Origin: an uncultured Sphingomonadales bacterium | GTDB lineage: Bacteria > Pseudomonadota > Alphaproteobacteria > Sphingomonadales > Sphingomonadaceae | NCBI GenBank assembly: GCA_903834285.1 | Contig: CAILIO010000230.1 | Location: forward strand, 1,937 to 65,936 | Reading direction: 5' to 3' | DNA: 64,000 bases | Shown here: piece after piece, positions 1 to 9,516 of the stretch | Numbering within the stretch: the first letter of the stretch is position 1 | How the letters are laid out: each line of letters opens with the position of its first letter | The notes under the pieces: model-generated | What the model saw: only the letters and a program-made list of their open reading frames with translations | Told to the model about the DNA's origin: nothing | Databases searched by the model: none | Program-made: the position numbers and the translations under genes

Positions 1-61
1 CGCGAGGGAGGGGTTTGAACGCAGTGCAGCCCTGATCAAGAGGGCCATCCGCGACAAGGGA

Positions 62-769
62 TTAGCTGTCGGAAAGCCCCTCGGCACGGCGTGCTTCGAG
101 CCAAGCGGCCGCTTCGGCTTCCTGTGCAGCCTGCGAAGCCGCCTTTATCTGGGCTTCGCGCTCGGCACGCAGTTCCTCGATCAGCGCTTCACGATCGCTG
201 CCAAGACGTAGGTTGCTCGCCGTATCGTCTTCCTCGATCCCAGCACGCTTGGCCGCCTTGGCAACCAGTGCGTCGAGTTCACGCTGCGAGCACAGGCCCA
301 GCGTAACCGGATCCTTCGGGTTGATATTCGAGATGTTCCAGTGGCTGCGGTCACGGATTGCCGCAATCGTGTTGCGCGTGGTGCCGATCAGCTTGCCGAT
401 CTGCGCATCCGAGATTTCGGGATGGTGGCGCAGTATCCAGGCGATACCGTCGGGCTTGTCCTGACGCTTCGAGACCGGCGTGTAGCGCGGGCCCTTGGTC
501 CGGCTCACCGAGATCGGCGCCTTCTGCATGCGCAGGCGGTAATCGGGATTAGTCTGACCCCGTTCGATTTCGCTCTGCGTCAATTCACCCGAGTGGACCG
601 GATCACGGCCAGTATACTTGGCGCCGGCCAGATCGTCGGCCATAGCCTGCACTTCGAGAATGTGCAGGCCGCAGAACTCGGCAATCTGCTCGAAGGTCAG
701 CGCAGTATTGTCGACAAGCCACGATGCCGTTGCATGAGGCATCAGTGGAAAGGTTGACTGGTTGCTCAA
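62..769 (-). CDS. DUF1013-family protein (TrcR-like putative cell-cycle transcriptional regulator family)
   Basis: 235-aa ORF. N-terminal PLMPHATASWLVDNTALTFEQIAEFCGLH and the HTH-like HHPEISDAQIGKLIGTTRNTIAAIRDRSHWN resemble the alphaproteobacterial DUF1013 family. Family recalled from memory, not searched. Confidence 0.65.
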   Translation of the reverse strand: MSNQSTFPLMPHATASWLVDNTALTFEQIAEFCGLHILEVQAMADDLAGAKYTGRDPVHSGELTQSEIERGQTNPDYRLRMQKAPISVSRTKGPRYTPVSKRQDKPDGIAWILRHHPEISDAQIGKLIGTTRNTIAAIRDRSHWNISNINPKDPVTLGLCSQRELDALVAKAAKRAGIEEDDTASNLRLGSDREALIEELRAEREAQIKAASQAAQEAEAAAWLEARRAEGLSDS

Positions 770-790
770 GGGGAGCCCCTCCGGACAGCG

Positions 791-823
791 GAAACAATAA
801 GGGCCGCCCCTTTCGGAGCGGCC
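791..823 (-). terminator. putative intrinsic terminator downstream of the quinone oxidoreductase gene
   Basis: Minus-strand RNA GGCCGCUCC-GAAA-GGGGCGGCC (802-823; 9-bp stem with one G.U, GAAA tetraloop) followed by CUUAUUGUUU. Confidence 0.5.
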
Positions 824-904
824 ATCGTGTCAGCGATGTAGGCGACGGGGCAGCTAACGGCAAGCCCTTCCCTACGAATCGGGAGCAAAGGCGGCCCCTG
901 CGCC

Positions 905-1909
905 CTATTGATATGCGGCGAGGACAATTTTGCCAATGTGGGTTCCCGCTTCCATCCGCGTATGTGCGGCCGCTGCTTCGCGAAGCGGAAAGGTCATGTC
1001 CATCACCGGCCTAAGCATTCCGTCCGAGACCAAAGGCCAAACGGTCTTGTGGATCTCATCTGCAAGCAAGCCTTTGAATTCATTCGATCGGGGCCGAAGA
1101 GTGGAGCCCGTGAGCGTTAGCCTCCGACGCATGACCTCGGCCATATTGAGCTCGGCGCGCACTCCGCCCTGCACCGCGATGGTCACATGCCGACCATCAT
1201 CGGCGAGGCATTTCAAATTACGCGCGACATAGTCCCCAGCAACCATGTCGAGCACGAGATGAACTCCGTCACCATGGGTGATTCGGGCGACTTCTTCAAC
1301 AAAATCACTCGCCTTGTAGTCGATGGCATGTGCCGCACCAAGCGCCTGCGCCGCCGCGCACTTGTCCGGTCCTCCACATGTAACAATGACTTCGAGGCCG
1401 AACAGCTTGCCAAGAAGAATCGCCATGGTGCCAATCCCGCTGGTGCCCCCATGCACCAGGACACGCTCGCCTTCGGACGCCCAACCGCGTTCGAAAACAT
1501 TGTGCCAGACAGTAAACAGCGTTTCGGGCAAGGCTGCTGCCTGATCAAGCGGAAGCCCTTCCGGTACCGGCAAGCATAAGGCCGCCTCGGCAAGGCAGTA
1601 CTCGGCATACCCACCACCCGCGACAAGAGCGCAGACCATCTGGCCCAGAAATGGCGTCGTAACGTCAGCGCCCATCGCAACCACCTGACCTGAAACCTCA
1701 AGGCCGGGAATGGGCGAAGCGCCTGGCGGAGGCGGGTAAAAGCCTTGCCTCTGGATGACATCGGGTCGGTTGACGCCGGCGTAGGCCACGCGAAGGAGGA
1801 CCTGTCCCGCCCCCGGGGTTGGGACCGGCAAGGCTTCCGGCCGCAGCACCTCAGGCGCACCCGGAGAGACAAATCCCACGGCGGTCATCGTCGCTGGTAC
1901 CGGCTTCAT
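905..1909 (-). CDS. NAD(P)H:quinone oxidoreductase, MDR superfamily (PIG3/Qor-like)
   Basis: GAPEVLRPEALPVPTPGAGQVLLRVAYAGVNRPDVIQRQGFYPPPPGASPIPGLEVSG plus the GGTSGIG nucleotide-binding motif. Start placed at internal ATG 1909, preceded by AGGGGG. The longer 431-aa ORF N-terminus looks non-coding. Confidence 0.85.
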   Translation of the reverse strand: MKPVPATMTAVGFVSPGAPEVLRPEALPVPTPGAGQVLLRVAYAGVNRPDVIQRQGFYPPPPGASPIPGLEVSGQVVAMGADVTTPFLGQMVCALVAGGGYAEYCLAEAALCLPVPEGLPLDQAAALPETLFTVWHNVFERGWASEGERVLVHGGTSGIGTMAILLGKLFGLEVIVTCGGPDKCAAAQALGAAHAIDYKASDFVEEVARITHGDGVHLVLDMVAGDYVARNLKCLADDGRHVTIAVQGGVRAELNMAEVMRRRLTLTGSTLRPRSNEFKGLLADEIHKTVWPLVSDGMLRPVMDMTFPLREAAAAHTRMEAGTHIGKIVLAAYQ

Positions 1910-2038
1910 GCCACACCCCCTGATCCGATGCGGCTGCTTGGCATTTGATTGCGCCGCGAATTGGTAAACAGTTCGCTGCGCCAAGTACCGATGGAGCCGG
2001 TTGACAGCAAGGCTCAAGCGGCCACAAAGTGCGTTGTG

Positions 2039-2257
2039 ATGGAACTTGATGAGCGCCCGCGCCCGAAAGGCGATCTGGCCAGCCAGCTGGCGCTGGACTC
2101 GCTCGACAGTTATTCCCACCATGAGCTCGATGAGCGCATCGCCTTGCTTGAGAAAGAGATTGCCCGCGTTGTTGCGCATCGTGACAAGGCGGCCGCGCAT
2201 AGACGAGCAGCGGACGCACTGTTTGGCACGCCCTCACCGCAGGGCAGTGGATCATGA
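2039..2257 (+). CDS. DUF1192-family small protein
   Basis: MELDERPRPKGDLASQLALDSLDSYSHHELDERIALLEKEIARV matches the remembered DUF1192 pattern (LD.LS..EL.ERIALLE.EIAR). Start uncertain: 1949, 1991 or 2039. Confidence 0.6.
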   Translation: MELDERPRPKGDLASQLALDSLDSYSHHELDERIALLEKEIARVVAHRDKAAAHRRAADALFGTPSPQGSGS

Positions 2258-2440
2258 TCGACGCCGCCCTTCACGTTAGCGGGCGGCGTACCCATATCGT
2301 AACCGTGGCGGACCCAGCGTCTGACCAGATGTCACTTTTGCGCAGCTTCGGTTTAGCCCCGGTTAAGCGCAAGCATGTTCATCTCCCGCAAGGGAACCAG
2401 CCGAGATCGGTCACTTCACGACCGACGAGAAAGAAGTGCC

Positions 2441-4816
2441 ATGCCCAGTTTCGCGCAAAGTCTTGAAAAAACGCTGCATTCTGCGCTCAGCAATGCATCG
2501 GAGCGCAGCCATGAGTATGCGACTCTGGAGCATCTCCTGCTCGCGCTGATCGACGATCCTGATGCGGCCCAGGTCATGCAGGCCTGCGGTGTTGATCTGG
2601 GTGATCTGGGCGATGTCGTTCGCCAATACCTCGATCAGGAATATCAATCCCTGAAGACGCAGGACAAGGCCGACCCACAGCCAACAGCCGGCTTCCAGCG
2701 CGTGATCCAGCGCGCCATCCTCCATGTCCAGTCGTCCGGCAAGGACACAGTGACCGGCGCCAACGTACTTGTGGCCCTGTTCTCGGAACGCGATTCCTAC
2801 GCAGTCTACTTCCTGCAGCAGCAGGATATGAGCCGACTCGACGCCGTTAGCTTCATCAGCCACGGCATCGGCAAGGGCGGCCGGCAGGTCGAGAGCCGCA
2901 GCCCCAAGGGCAGCGAAGAGGCCCAGCCGCAGCAAGAAGAGAAGGCAGATGCCAAGAGCGGCGCCAAGAAGGATTCGGCGCTCGACCAGTTCACCGTCAA
3001 TCTCAACGAGAAGGCGTTGAACGGGAAGGTCGATCCGCTGATCGGCCGCGGCCCGGAAGTAGACCGCACGATCCAGATCCTGTGCCGCCGGTCGAAGAAC
3101 AATCCGCTCTACGTGGGCGATCCGGGCGTTGGCAAAACCGCGATCGCCGAGGGCCTTGCGCGCAAGATCGTCGAAGGCGAAGTGCCCGAAGTGCTCAACG
3201 AAGCGGTGATCTACTCGCTCGACATGGGCGCGCTGCTCGCGGGCACACGCTATCGCGGCGATTTCGAGGAGCGGCTCAAGCAAGTCGTCTCGGAACTCGA
3301 AAAGATGCCCCATGCGATCCTGTTCATCGACGAAATCCACACGGTGATCGGCGCGGGTGCGACCAGCGGCGGAGCGATGGACGCCTCCAACCTCCTGAAG
3401 CCCGCACTTTCGGGCGGCACGATCCGTTGCATCGGCTCGACCACCTACAAGGAGTTCCGCAATCACTTCGAAAAGGACCGCGCCCTGCTGCGCCGGTTCC
3501 AGAAGATCGACGTGAACGAACCGACGATCGAGGACACGATCAAGATCCTCAAGGGCCTGCGCACAGCTTTCGAGGAGCACCACAAGGTGCGCTACACGCC
3601 GGACGCGATCAAGACGGCAGTCGAGCTCTCGGCCCGCTACATCAACGACCGCAAGCTGCCGGACAAGGCGATAGACGTGATCGACGAAGTCGGCGCAATG
3701 CAGATGCTGGTGCCGCCCTCGAAGCGCAAGAAGGTGATCACCGCGCGCGAGATCGAACAGGTCATCGCGACGATGGCACGCATCCCGCCGAAGTCTGTTT
3801 CAAGCGACGACAAGAAGGTGCTCGAGCATCTCGACCGCGACCTCAAGCGGCTGGTGTTCGGCCAGGACAAGGCCATCGAGGTGCTGTCTTCGGCGATGAA
3901 GCTCAGTCGGGCTGGCCTGCGCGATCAGGACAAGCCGATTGGCTCGTTCCTGTTCTCGGGCCCTACCGGCGTCGGCAAGACCGAAGTGGCGCGCAGTCTG
4001 GCCCAGATCATGGGAATCCCGCTGCAGCGCTTCGACATGTCCGAATACATGGAACGTCATTCGATCAGCCGCCTGATCGGCGCCCCTCCAGGCTATGTCG
4101 GCTTCGATCAGGGCGGCCTGCTGACTGACGCGATCGACCAGCAGCCGCATTGCGTGCTGCTGCTCGACGAGATCGAAAAGGCGCACCCCGATTTGTTCAA
4201 CATCCTGCTTCAGGTGATGGACAACGGCCGGCTCACCGATCACCACGGCAAGACGGTGGATTTTCGCAATGTCGTGCTGGTTATGACCACCAATGCCGGC
4301 GCTTCGGACATGGCGCGCCACGGCATCGGCTTTGGCGATGTTTCCAAGGCGGATGCGGGCGACGAGGCGGTGAAGAAGATGTTCACGCCTGAATTCCGTA
4401 ACCGGCTCGATGCCATCGTGCCTTTCGCCTACCTACCGCCCGAAGTTGTCAGCCGCGTGGTCGACAAGTTCATCCTCCAGCTCGAGCTTCAGCTGGCCGA
4501 TCAGAACGTGCACATCCAGTTCGACAGCGATGCGCGCGCCTGGCTTGCCAAGCAGGGCTATGACCGGCTCTATGGTGCTCGTCCGATGGGCCGGGTCATT
4601 CAGGAAAAGGTCAAGAAGCCGCTGGCAGAGGAACTTCTGTTCGGCAAGCTGGCCAACGGCGGCGAGGTCCACGTCAGCCTCAAGGAAGAGGAAGGTAAGG
4701 ACACCGCGCTGTCTTTCGAGCTAACCCCAGCGGCACCGAAGCTGGTCAAGAAGAAGGGCCGCAAGGGCAAGGGTGGTTCGGCCACGGCTGAAGAGCCGAA
4801 TGCAGACGAGGCCTGA
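2441..4816 (+). CDS. clpA: ATP-dependent Clp protease ATP-binding subunit ClpA
   Basis: N-domain MPSFAQSLEKTLHSALSNASERSHEYATLEHLLLALIDDP. Two AAA+ modules with Walker A motifs GDPGVGKTA and GPTGVGKTE. About 790 aa from internal ATG 2441. Confidence 0.95.
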   Translation: MPSFAQSLEKTLHSALSNASERSHEYATLEHLLLALIDDPDAAQVMQACGVDLGDLGDVVRQYLDQEYQSLKTQDKADPQPTAGFQRVIQRAILHVQSSGKDTVTGANVLVALFSERDSYAVYFLQQQDMSRLDAVSFISHGIGKGGRQVESRSPKGSEEAQPQQEEKADAKSGAKKDSALDQFTVNLNEKALNGKVDPLIGRGPEVDRTIQILCRRSKNNPLYVGDPGVGKTAIAEGLARKIVEGEVPEVLNEAVIYSLDMGALLAGTRYRGDFEERLKQVVSELEKMPHAILFIDEIHTVIGAGATSGGAMDASNLLKPALSGGTIRCIGSTTYKEFRNHFEKDRALLRRFQKIDVNEPTIEDTIKILKGLRTAFEEHHKVRYTPDAIKTAVELSARYINDRKLPDKAIDVIDEVGAMQMLVPPSKRKKVITAREIEQVIATMARIPPKSVSSDDKKVLEHLDRDLKRLVFGQDKAIEVLSSAMKLSRAGLRDQDKPIGSFLFSGPTGVGKTEVARSLAQIMGIPLQRFDMSEYMERHSISRLIGAPPGYVGFDQGGLLTDAIDQQPHCVLLLDEIEKAHPDLFNILLQVMDNGRLTDHHGKTVDFRNVVLVMTTNAGASDMARHGIGFGDVSKADAGDEAVKKMFTPEFRNRLDAIVPFAYLPPEVVSRVVDKFILQLELQLADQNVHIQFDSDARAWLAKQGYDRLYGARPMGRVIQEKVKKPLAEELLFGKLANGGEVHVSLKEEEGKDTALSFELTPAAPKLVKKKGRKGKGGSATAEEPNADEA

Positions 4817-4833
4817 GGCCGGCTTACCATGAC

Positions 4834-4870
4834 AAAAAGGGGCGGAGCCTTAGGGTCTCCGCCCTTTTTG
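4834..4870 (+). terminator. intrinsic terminator after clpA
   Basis: AAAAA-GGGCGGAG (4840-4847), loop CCUUAGGGU, CUCCGCCC (4857-4864), then TTTTT (4865-4869). Flanking A and T tracts make it potentially bidirectional. Confidence 0.75.
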
Positions 4871-4910
4871 TCTCTGGCAACCCGGTGCCGATCACGGCAT
4901 TCATATTTCG

Positions 4911-5915
4911 ATGGCTGGGTTTTTCACGTGGATCAAAGCGGACCCCATAGGGCTTCGCATCGTACCGGCAGATGCATGGATCGACCCGGCGCGTCCTGTC
5001 GAACGAGCCTTGGTAACCCATGGACATGCTGACCACGCACGAGGCGGGCATGGCCAGACTGTCGCTACGTCCCAGACTTTAGCCGTCATGGCCGTGCGCT
5101 ACGGCGTAGCGGATGGGACTTCAGTTGCGGACGTTCATGAACCGATTGCACTCCGCGGAGGTGTAACCGCCACGTTTCTTCCAGCTGGCCATGTGCTGGG
5201 CTCGGCGCAGATCCTGCTCGAGCATGCAGGCGAGCGGGTTATCGTCACCGGCGACTACAAGCGGAGTCCGGATCCGACGTGCCTGCCGTTTGCCGTTACG
5301 CCATGCGACCTCTTTATCACCGAAGCAACTTTCGGGCTGCCAGTCTTCAACCACCCGCCGATCGGACACGAAATCGCCAAGCTGCTCGACGCTCGGCGTG
5401 CCAATCCGGACCGCTGCGTGCTGGTGGGAGCCTATGCACTGGGGAAAGCACAGCGGATCATCGCCGAACTACGCGTAGCGGGCTGGCATGAGCCGATCTA
5501 TCTCCACGGTGCAATGGAAACGATGTGCCGCCTCTATGAAAGCCTCGGCGTGCCGCTCGGCGATGTGCGACCGGTTGCCGGCGTTGCCAAGGCTGACCTG
5601 GCAGGAGCGATCGTCATCTGTCCCCCATCTGCACTCAACGACCGCTGGAGCCGCCGTTTGCCGGATCCGCTGACGGCAATGGCGAGCGGGTGGATGCGCA
5701 TTCGTCAGCGCGTGCGCCAGCGCGGAGTGGAATTGCCTCTCGTCATCTCGGATCACGCCGATTGGCATGAGCTGACGACCACCATCGCCGAAGTAAACCC
5801 AGCGGAGACCTGGATAACCCATGGCCGCGAGGATGCCCTCCTCCGCTGGTGCGAGTTGCACCAGCGCAAGGCGCGCGCACTCGCACTGACGGGGTACGAG
5901 GACGAAGATGATTGA
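4911..5915 (+). CDS. ligase-associated DNA damage response exonuclease (metallo-beta-lactamase/beta-CASP fold)
   Basis: HxHxDH motif in ALVTHGHADHARGGH. About 334 aa. Lies immediately upstream of an ATP-dependent DNA ligase, the typical arrangement for this family. Confidence 0.8.
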   Translation: MAGFFTWIKADPIGLRIVPADAWIDPARPVERALVTHGHADHARGGHGQTVATSQTLAVMAVRYGVADGTSVADVHEPIALRGGVTATFLPAGHVLGSAQILLEHAGERVIVTGDYKRSPDPTCLPFAVTPCDLFITEATFGLPVFNHPPIGHEIAKLLDARRANPDRCVLVGAYALGKAQRIIAELRVAGWHEPIYLHGAMETMCRLYESLGVPLGDVRPVAGVAKADLAGAIVICPPSALNDRWSRRLPDPLTAMASGWMRIRQRVRQRGVELPLVISDHADWHELTTTIAEVNPAETWITHGREDALLRWCELHQRKARALALTGYEDEDD

Positions 5916-5945
5916 GCCGGCCTCTCTCGAGAACGGCCTTCGCTG

Positions 5946-7541
5946 ATGGAACGGTTCGCCGCCCTTCTCGACAGCTTGCTGCTGACGCCTTTGCGCAACG
6001 GAAAGCTGCAGCTGATTGCCGGCTATCTTCGTGCAACGCCTGACCCCGATCGGGGCTGGGCCCTAGCAGCCCTCACCAGCGCGGTCGATTTCGCACCAAT
6101 CAAAGCGGGCACGGTCCGCGCACTGATGGCGAATCGCGTCGATCCCGTCTTGTGGGCGCTTTCGCGCGATTTCGTTGGCGACACCGCCGAAACAGCAAGC
6201 TTGCTGTGGCCCGAGCCGGAACCTGCCGCCAACGAGCCGCCGCCAACGCTCGGCGGGGTTGTGACCGTCCTCTCGCAAGCCACGCGCGCGACTGCGCCAG
6301 CTGTGCTGGCAAGCCTGCTGGACCGGCTTGATACACCCGGACGTTATGCACTGATCAAGTTTGCCACTGGCGCACTTCGCATCGGCATATCGGCGCGGCT
6401 CGCCAAAGTCGCCTTTGCGCAGGCATTTGCCGTACCGGTCGATGAAGTAGAAGAATACTGGCACGGCCAGCAACCACCTTACTCGGGTCTCTTTGCCTGG
6501 GCGACGGGGACAGCGCCGCCGCCGCGCACAGATCTGCTGCCGCTGTTTCGCCCTTTTATGTTGGCCCATCCGCTCGAAGATGAGGCCATCAACCTCGCCG
6601 ACTATGCCGCCGAATGGAAATGGGACGGCATCCGGGTCCAGCTTGTCCACGTGGGCGGTGAGACTCGGGTCTATTCACGCGGTGGGGACGAGATTTCAGC
6701 AAGCTTTCCCGAGATCGCGGGCGCGTTGCAGGTTCCAGCCGTTCTGGACGGCGAGCTGCTGGTCCGCGGCAATGCGCAAGGTGGCGAGACGGGCGGTGCG
6801 GCGAGCTTCAATGCGCTCCAGCAGCGGCTTGGCCGAAAGGCCGTGTCGAAGACGATGCTCGCGGAGTCGCCTGCTTTTGTTCGGCTTTACGATCTGCTGA
6901 TCCTGGACGGAGAAGACTTGCGTGAGCTGCCTTGGTCGCAACGGCGGGCCCGGCTGGAAGACCTCGTTCCGCAGCTTGATGCTGCGCGCTTCGACTTGTC
7001 CCAGACGATCCCCGCCAAGGATATGAGTGCTCTCGCCGAGATCCGGGCCCGCGCCCGGGATGCGGCTATCGAAGGCGTGATGCTCAAGCACCGCCAATCG
7101 CCCTATGTGGCGGGGCGGAGGGCAGGACTCTGGTACAAGTGGAAGCGCGAGCCCCTCTTGATCGATTGCGTGCTGATGTACGCTCAGCGCGGCTCCGGCA
7201 AGCGCTCCTCGTTCTATTCCGATTTCACCTTCGGCTGCTGGAATGGCAATCCTGATGCAGGCGGAGAGCTGCTCCCGGTGGGCAAGGCCTATTTCGGCTT
7301 TACCGACGAGGAGCTGCGGTTTCTCGATCGCCATGTCCGGCAGCACACGGTCGCGAAGTTCGGGCCGGTCCGGGAAACAGACAAGAGCCTGGTGTTCGAA
7401 GTCGCGTTCGATTCGGTTCATCTCAGCAAGCGGCACAAGTCCGGGCTGGCAATGCGGTTTCCGCGCATCCACCGGATCCGCGATGACAAGCCGGCACACG
7501 AGGCCGATCGGCTCGAGGCCTTGCGCGCTCTCGTAACTTGA
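5946..7541 (+). CDS. ATP-dependent DNA ligase (cisplatin/DNA-damage-response ligase family)
   Basis: Adenylation motif I in AEWKWDGIRVQL (KxDG), 531 aa, with an OB-fold-like C-terminus ending RFPRIHRIRDDKP. Confidence 0.85.
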   Translation: MERFAALLDSLLLTPLRNGKLQLIAGYLRATPDPDRGWALAALTSAVDFAPIKAGTVRALMANRVDPVLWALSRDFVGDTAETASLLWPEPEPAANEPPPTLGGVVTVLSQATRATAPAVLASLLDRLDTPGRYALIKFATGALRIGISARLAKVAFAQAFAVPVDEVEEYWHGQQPPYSGLFAWATGTAPPPRTDLLPLFRPFMLAHPLEDEAINLADYAAEWKWDGIRVQLVHVGGETRVYSRGGDEISASFPEIAGALQVPAVLDGELLVRGNAQGGETGGAASFNALQQRLGRKAVSKTMLAESPAFVRLYDLLILDGEDLRELPWSQRRARLEDLVPQLDAARFDLSQTIPAKDMSALAEIRARARDAAIEGVMLKHRQSPYVAGRRAGLWYKWKREPLLIDCVLMYAQRGSGKRSSFYSDFTFGCWNGNPDAGGELLPVGKAYFGFTDEELRFLDRHVRQHTVAKFGPVRETDKSLVFEVAFDSVHLSKRHKSGLAMRFPRIHRIRDDKPAHEADRLEALRALVT

Positions 7542-7615
7542 TCTCCGTCAAGGCGGCTGGCCCGATCCACTGGCAGACATGGATTTGCCGCACTGTGCCT
7601 TTGGAGTGAGCGATC

Positions 7616-8017
7616 TTGGCCACGACAACCGAAACCCCCGCTGCCAGCCCCTATGAGCGGTTCGGGGGCCTGGCTGTCTTGCGCCGGATCACCGACCGCT
7701 TTTACGACTTCATGGACACAGAGACAGAGTTCGCCGCTCTCAGGGCCATGCACGCACCCGATCTTGCTCCCATGCGACAATCGCTGCCGCTGTTCCTCGC
7801 TGGCTGGAGCGGTGGCCCTCGGACATGGTGGGATGCCAATCCCGGCAAGTGCATGGTCAGCATGCACGCGCCCTTCGACATAAACCGGGAAACCGCGGCT
7901 CAGTGGGCCGCTGCGATGCGCCGGGCGATCGCTGATGTTGCGCCCGGCGATACCGCCGTAGCCGAGGCTTTGGCTGACGTGCTGGACCAGATGGCAAGGG
8001 GCATGGCAAAGGCTTGA
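7616..8017 (+). CDS. group II truncated haemoglobin (YjbI/GlbO-like globin)
   Basis: SPYERFGGLAVLRRITDRFYDFM and MHAPFDINRETAAQWAAAMRRA match the remembered 2-on-2 globin pattern. TTG start per ORF track. Confidence 0.7.
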   Translation: MATTTETPAASPYERFGGLAVLRRITDRFYDFMDTETEFAALRAMHAPDLAPMRQSLPLFLAGWSGGPRTWWDANPGKCMVSMHAPFDINRETAAQWAAAMRRAIADVAPGDTAVAEALADVLDQMARGMAKA

Positions 8018-8052
8018 TTTGCCTGTATCGGGCAATCGGCTAAAGTCCCGAT

Positions 8053-8691
8053 ATGCTGAGATATGATCCAGGTCGACGCAGACTTGCGATTGCCCTCTCC
8101 GGTCTGGCGGGCTTCGTCGATGCGGTCGGCTTCCTTTCGGCCAATGGCTATTTCGTGTCGTTCATGTCCGGCAACTCGACGCGGCTCGGGGTGGCACTCA
8201 GCGGCGCGAACCGCGTGGCGCTGGTACCCGCACTGCTGATCGCCGGGTTCGTGAGCGGTGTGACGCTTGGCGCGCTAGTCGCGCTACGAGCAGGCGGCCG
8301 CCGCAAGCCAGTGATTCTCGGCATTGTCGCCCTGCTCTTGGTGATCGGTGCGACCGCGCGATTGCTTGGCTTTGAGCATGTCATGCTGGCGGCCCTCGTG
8401 TTGGCCATGGGCGTGACCAACAACACCTTCCAGCGCGGCGGCGAAGTAACGGTTGGATTGACCTACATGACTGGCGCTCTCGTCCGTCTCGGACAAGGAT
8501 TGGCGCTCTGGATGGCAGGCAGGGCCGAGCCTGGCTGGATACAATGGGGCCTGCTGTGGGCCGGATTGCTTGCAGGCGCGGTCCTCGGCGCGTTCTTGCA
8601 AAACCGATTGCCCCACGGCTGCCTGTGGATCGCAGCAGCTTGGGCGGCGATGATGGCGATGGTGGCGATCAGGCTTCCTGCGGAATCCTGA
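8053..8691 (+). CDS. YoaK-family (DUF1275) membrane protein
   Basis: AGFVDAVGFLSANGYFVSFMSGNSTRLG signature. Polytopic hydrophobic protein of 212 aa. Confidence 0.75.
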   Translation: MLRYDPGRRRLAIALSGLAGFVDAVGFLSANGYFVSFMSGNSTRLGVALSGANRVALVPALLIAGFVSGVTLGALVALRAGGRRKPVILGIVALLLVIGATARLLGFEHVMLAALVLAMGVTNNTFQRGGEVTVGLTYMTGALVRLGQGLALWMAGRAEPGWIQWGLLWAGLLAGAVLGAFLQNRLPHGCLWIAAAWAAMMAMVAIRLPAES

Positions 8692-8956
8692 ACAGTTTTT
8701 CCCGCGAAGTTGCGCCGCGCAACAAGGCAATTTTCGAGGGCGGAATGGCCAATGCTTGCCCCAGAAGATCGACAGCGGCAGCAGTTGCCTTGCCGTCTTC
8801 GGGCCTGGCCCGTACTTTGATGAGGACGCGGCCCGAAACGATCTCGACGCCTTCGCTTCGCGCACCCGGGGTGACGCGAACCGAAAGCCTTCCATCGGCG
8901 TCAATGAGTGACCAAAGCGCCTCTGCAGGGGGAGGATCACTCTTTGGGCGCGCCAT
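8669..8956 (-). CDS. DUF167 (YggU-like) protein
   Basis: RLSVRVTPGARSEGVEIVSGRVLIKVRARPEDGKATAAAVDLLGQALAIPPSKIALLRGATSREK is typical DUF167. Start set to internal ATG 8956, about 95 aa. Confidence 0.7.
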   Translation of the reverse strand: MARPKSDPPPAEALWSLIDADGRLSVRVTPGARSEGVEIVSGRVLIKVRARPEDGKATAAAVDLLGQALAIPPSKIALLRGATSREKLFRIPQEA

Positions 8957-9506
8957 GGCTGGCCAGCGCCTCGCTATGCACACGCGCATTGCCGACATAA
9001 TGCGCGACACCGAGCTGCATCTCATGAATTGCAATATCGGTAAGGTCGCGCATATACGCAGCTGGGCGTCCGCCCCATAGTTGGCGCGAAACGATGCGTT
9101 TGCCTGGCGTCAGAAGCGCGCCGGCCGCGAGCATGCCATCGCCTTCGATAACCGCTCCGTTCATCACGATCGCGCCAAGCCCTACAAAAGCACGATCTTC
9201 CAGAGTGCAGCCATGCAGCATGACCATATGCCCCACGAGCACGTCTTCGCCGATCAGGGTCGGAAAGCCTTGCGGGTGACGCGGATCTGGGCTGTCACAA
9301 TGGATTACGGTCCCATCCTGAATGTTGCTGCGCGCCCCGATCACAATGCGATTCACATCGCCGCGGATCACGCAATTGTACCAGACGGAGGCATCAGGTC
9401 CGATCTCGACATCGCCGATGATCCGGCAGCCCGGCGCGATGAAAGCGCTCGGGTGAATACGCGGCGTCTTGCCGTGAATGGCCGCGATGGTGACGTCCTG
9501 ATGCAT
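8937..9506 (-). CDS. gamma-carbonic-anhydrase-like hexapeptide-repeat protein (YrdA/PaaY family)
   Basis: TPRIHPSAFIAPGCRIIGDVEIGPDASVWYNCVIRGDVNRIVIGARSNIQDGTVIH left-handed beta-helix repeats. ATG 9506 preceded by GGGGAG. Confidence 0.85.
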   Translation of the reverse strand: MHQDVTIAAIHGKTPRIHPSAFIAPGCRIIGDVEIGPDASVWYNCVIRGDVNRIVIGARSNIQDGTVIHCDSPDPRHPQGFPTLIGEDVLVGHMVMLHGCTLEDRAFVGLGAIVMNGAVIEGDGMLAAGALLTPGKRIVSRQLWGGRPAAYMRDLTDIAIHEMQLGVAHYVGNARVHSEALASHGAPKE

Positions 9507-9516
9507 GGCGCTCCCC

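Noticed and set aside
905-2200. Long N-terminal extensions of many track ORFs (for example 431-aa qor, 813-aa ptsP, 698-aa ftsH, 402-aa aroE, 484-aa mnmE)
   Set aside because: The extensions are Arg-rich and overlap upstream genes or intergenic DNA. Internal starts give canonical N-termini, often with a Shine-Dalgarno sequence.
2411-3583. 390-aa ORF antisense to clpA
   Set aside because: It lies entirely opposite a well-recognised gene. Its Arg/Ala/Leu/Gly-rich composition is typical of antisense frames in high-GC DNA, and it has no recognisable motifs.
4920-4935. parS-like TTTTTCACGTGGATCA at the start of the exonuclease gene
   Set aside because: It has at least 3 mismatches to the 16-mer, which break the palindrome, and it is far from the parAB region.
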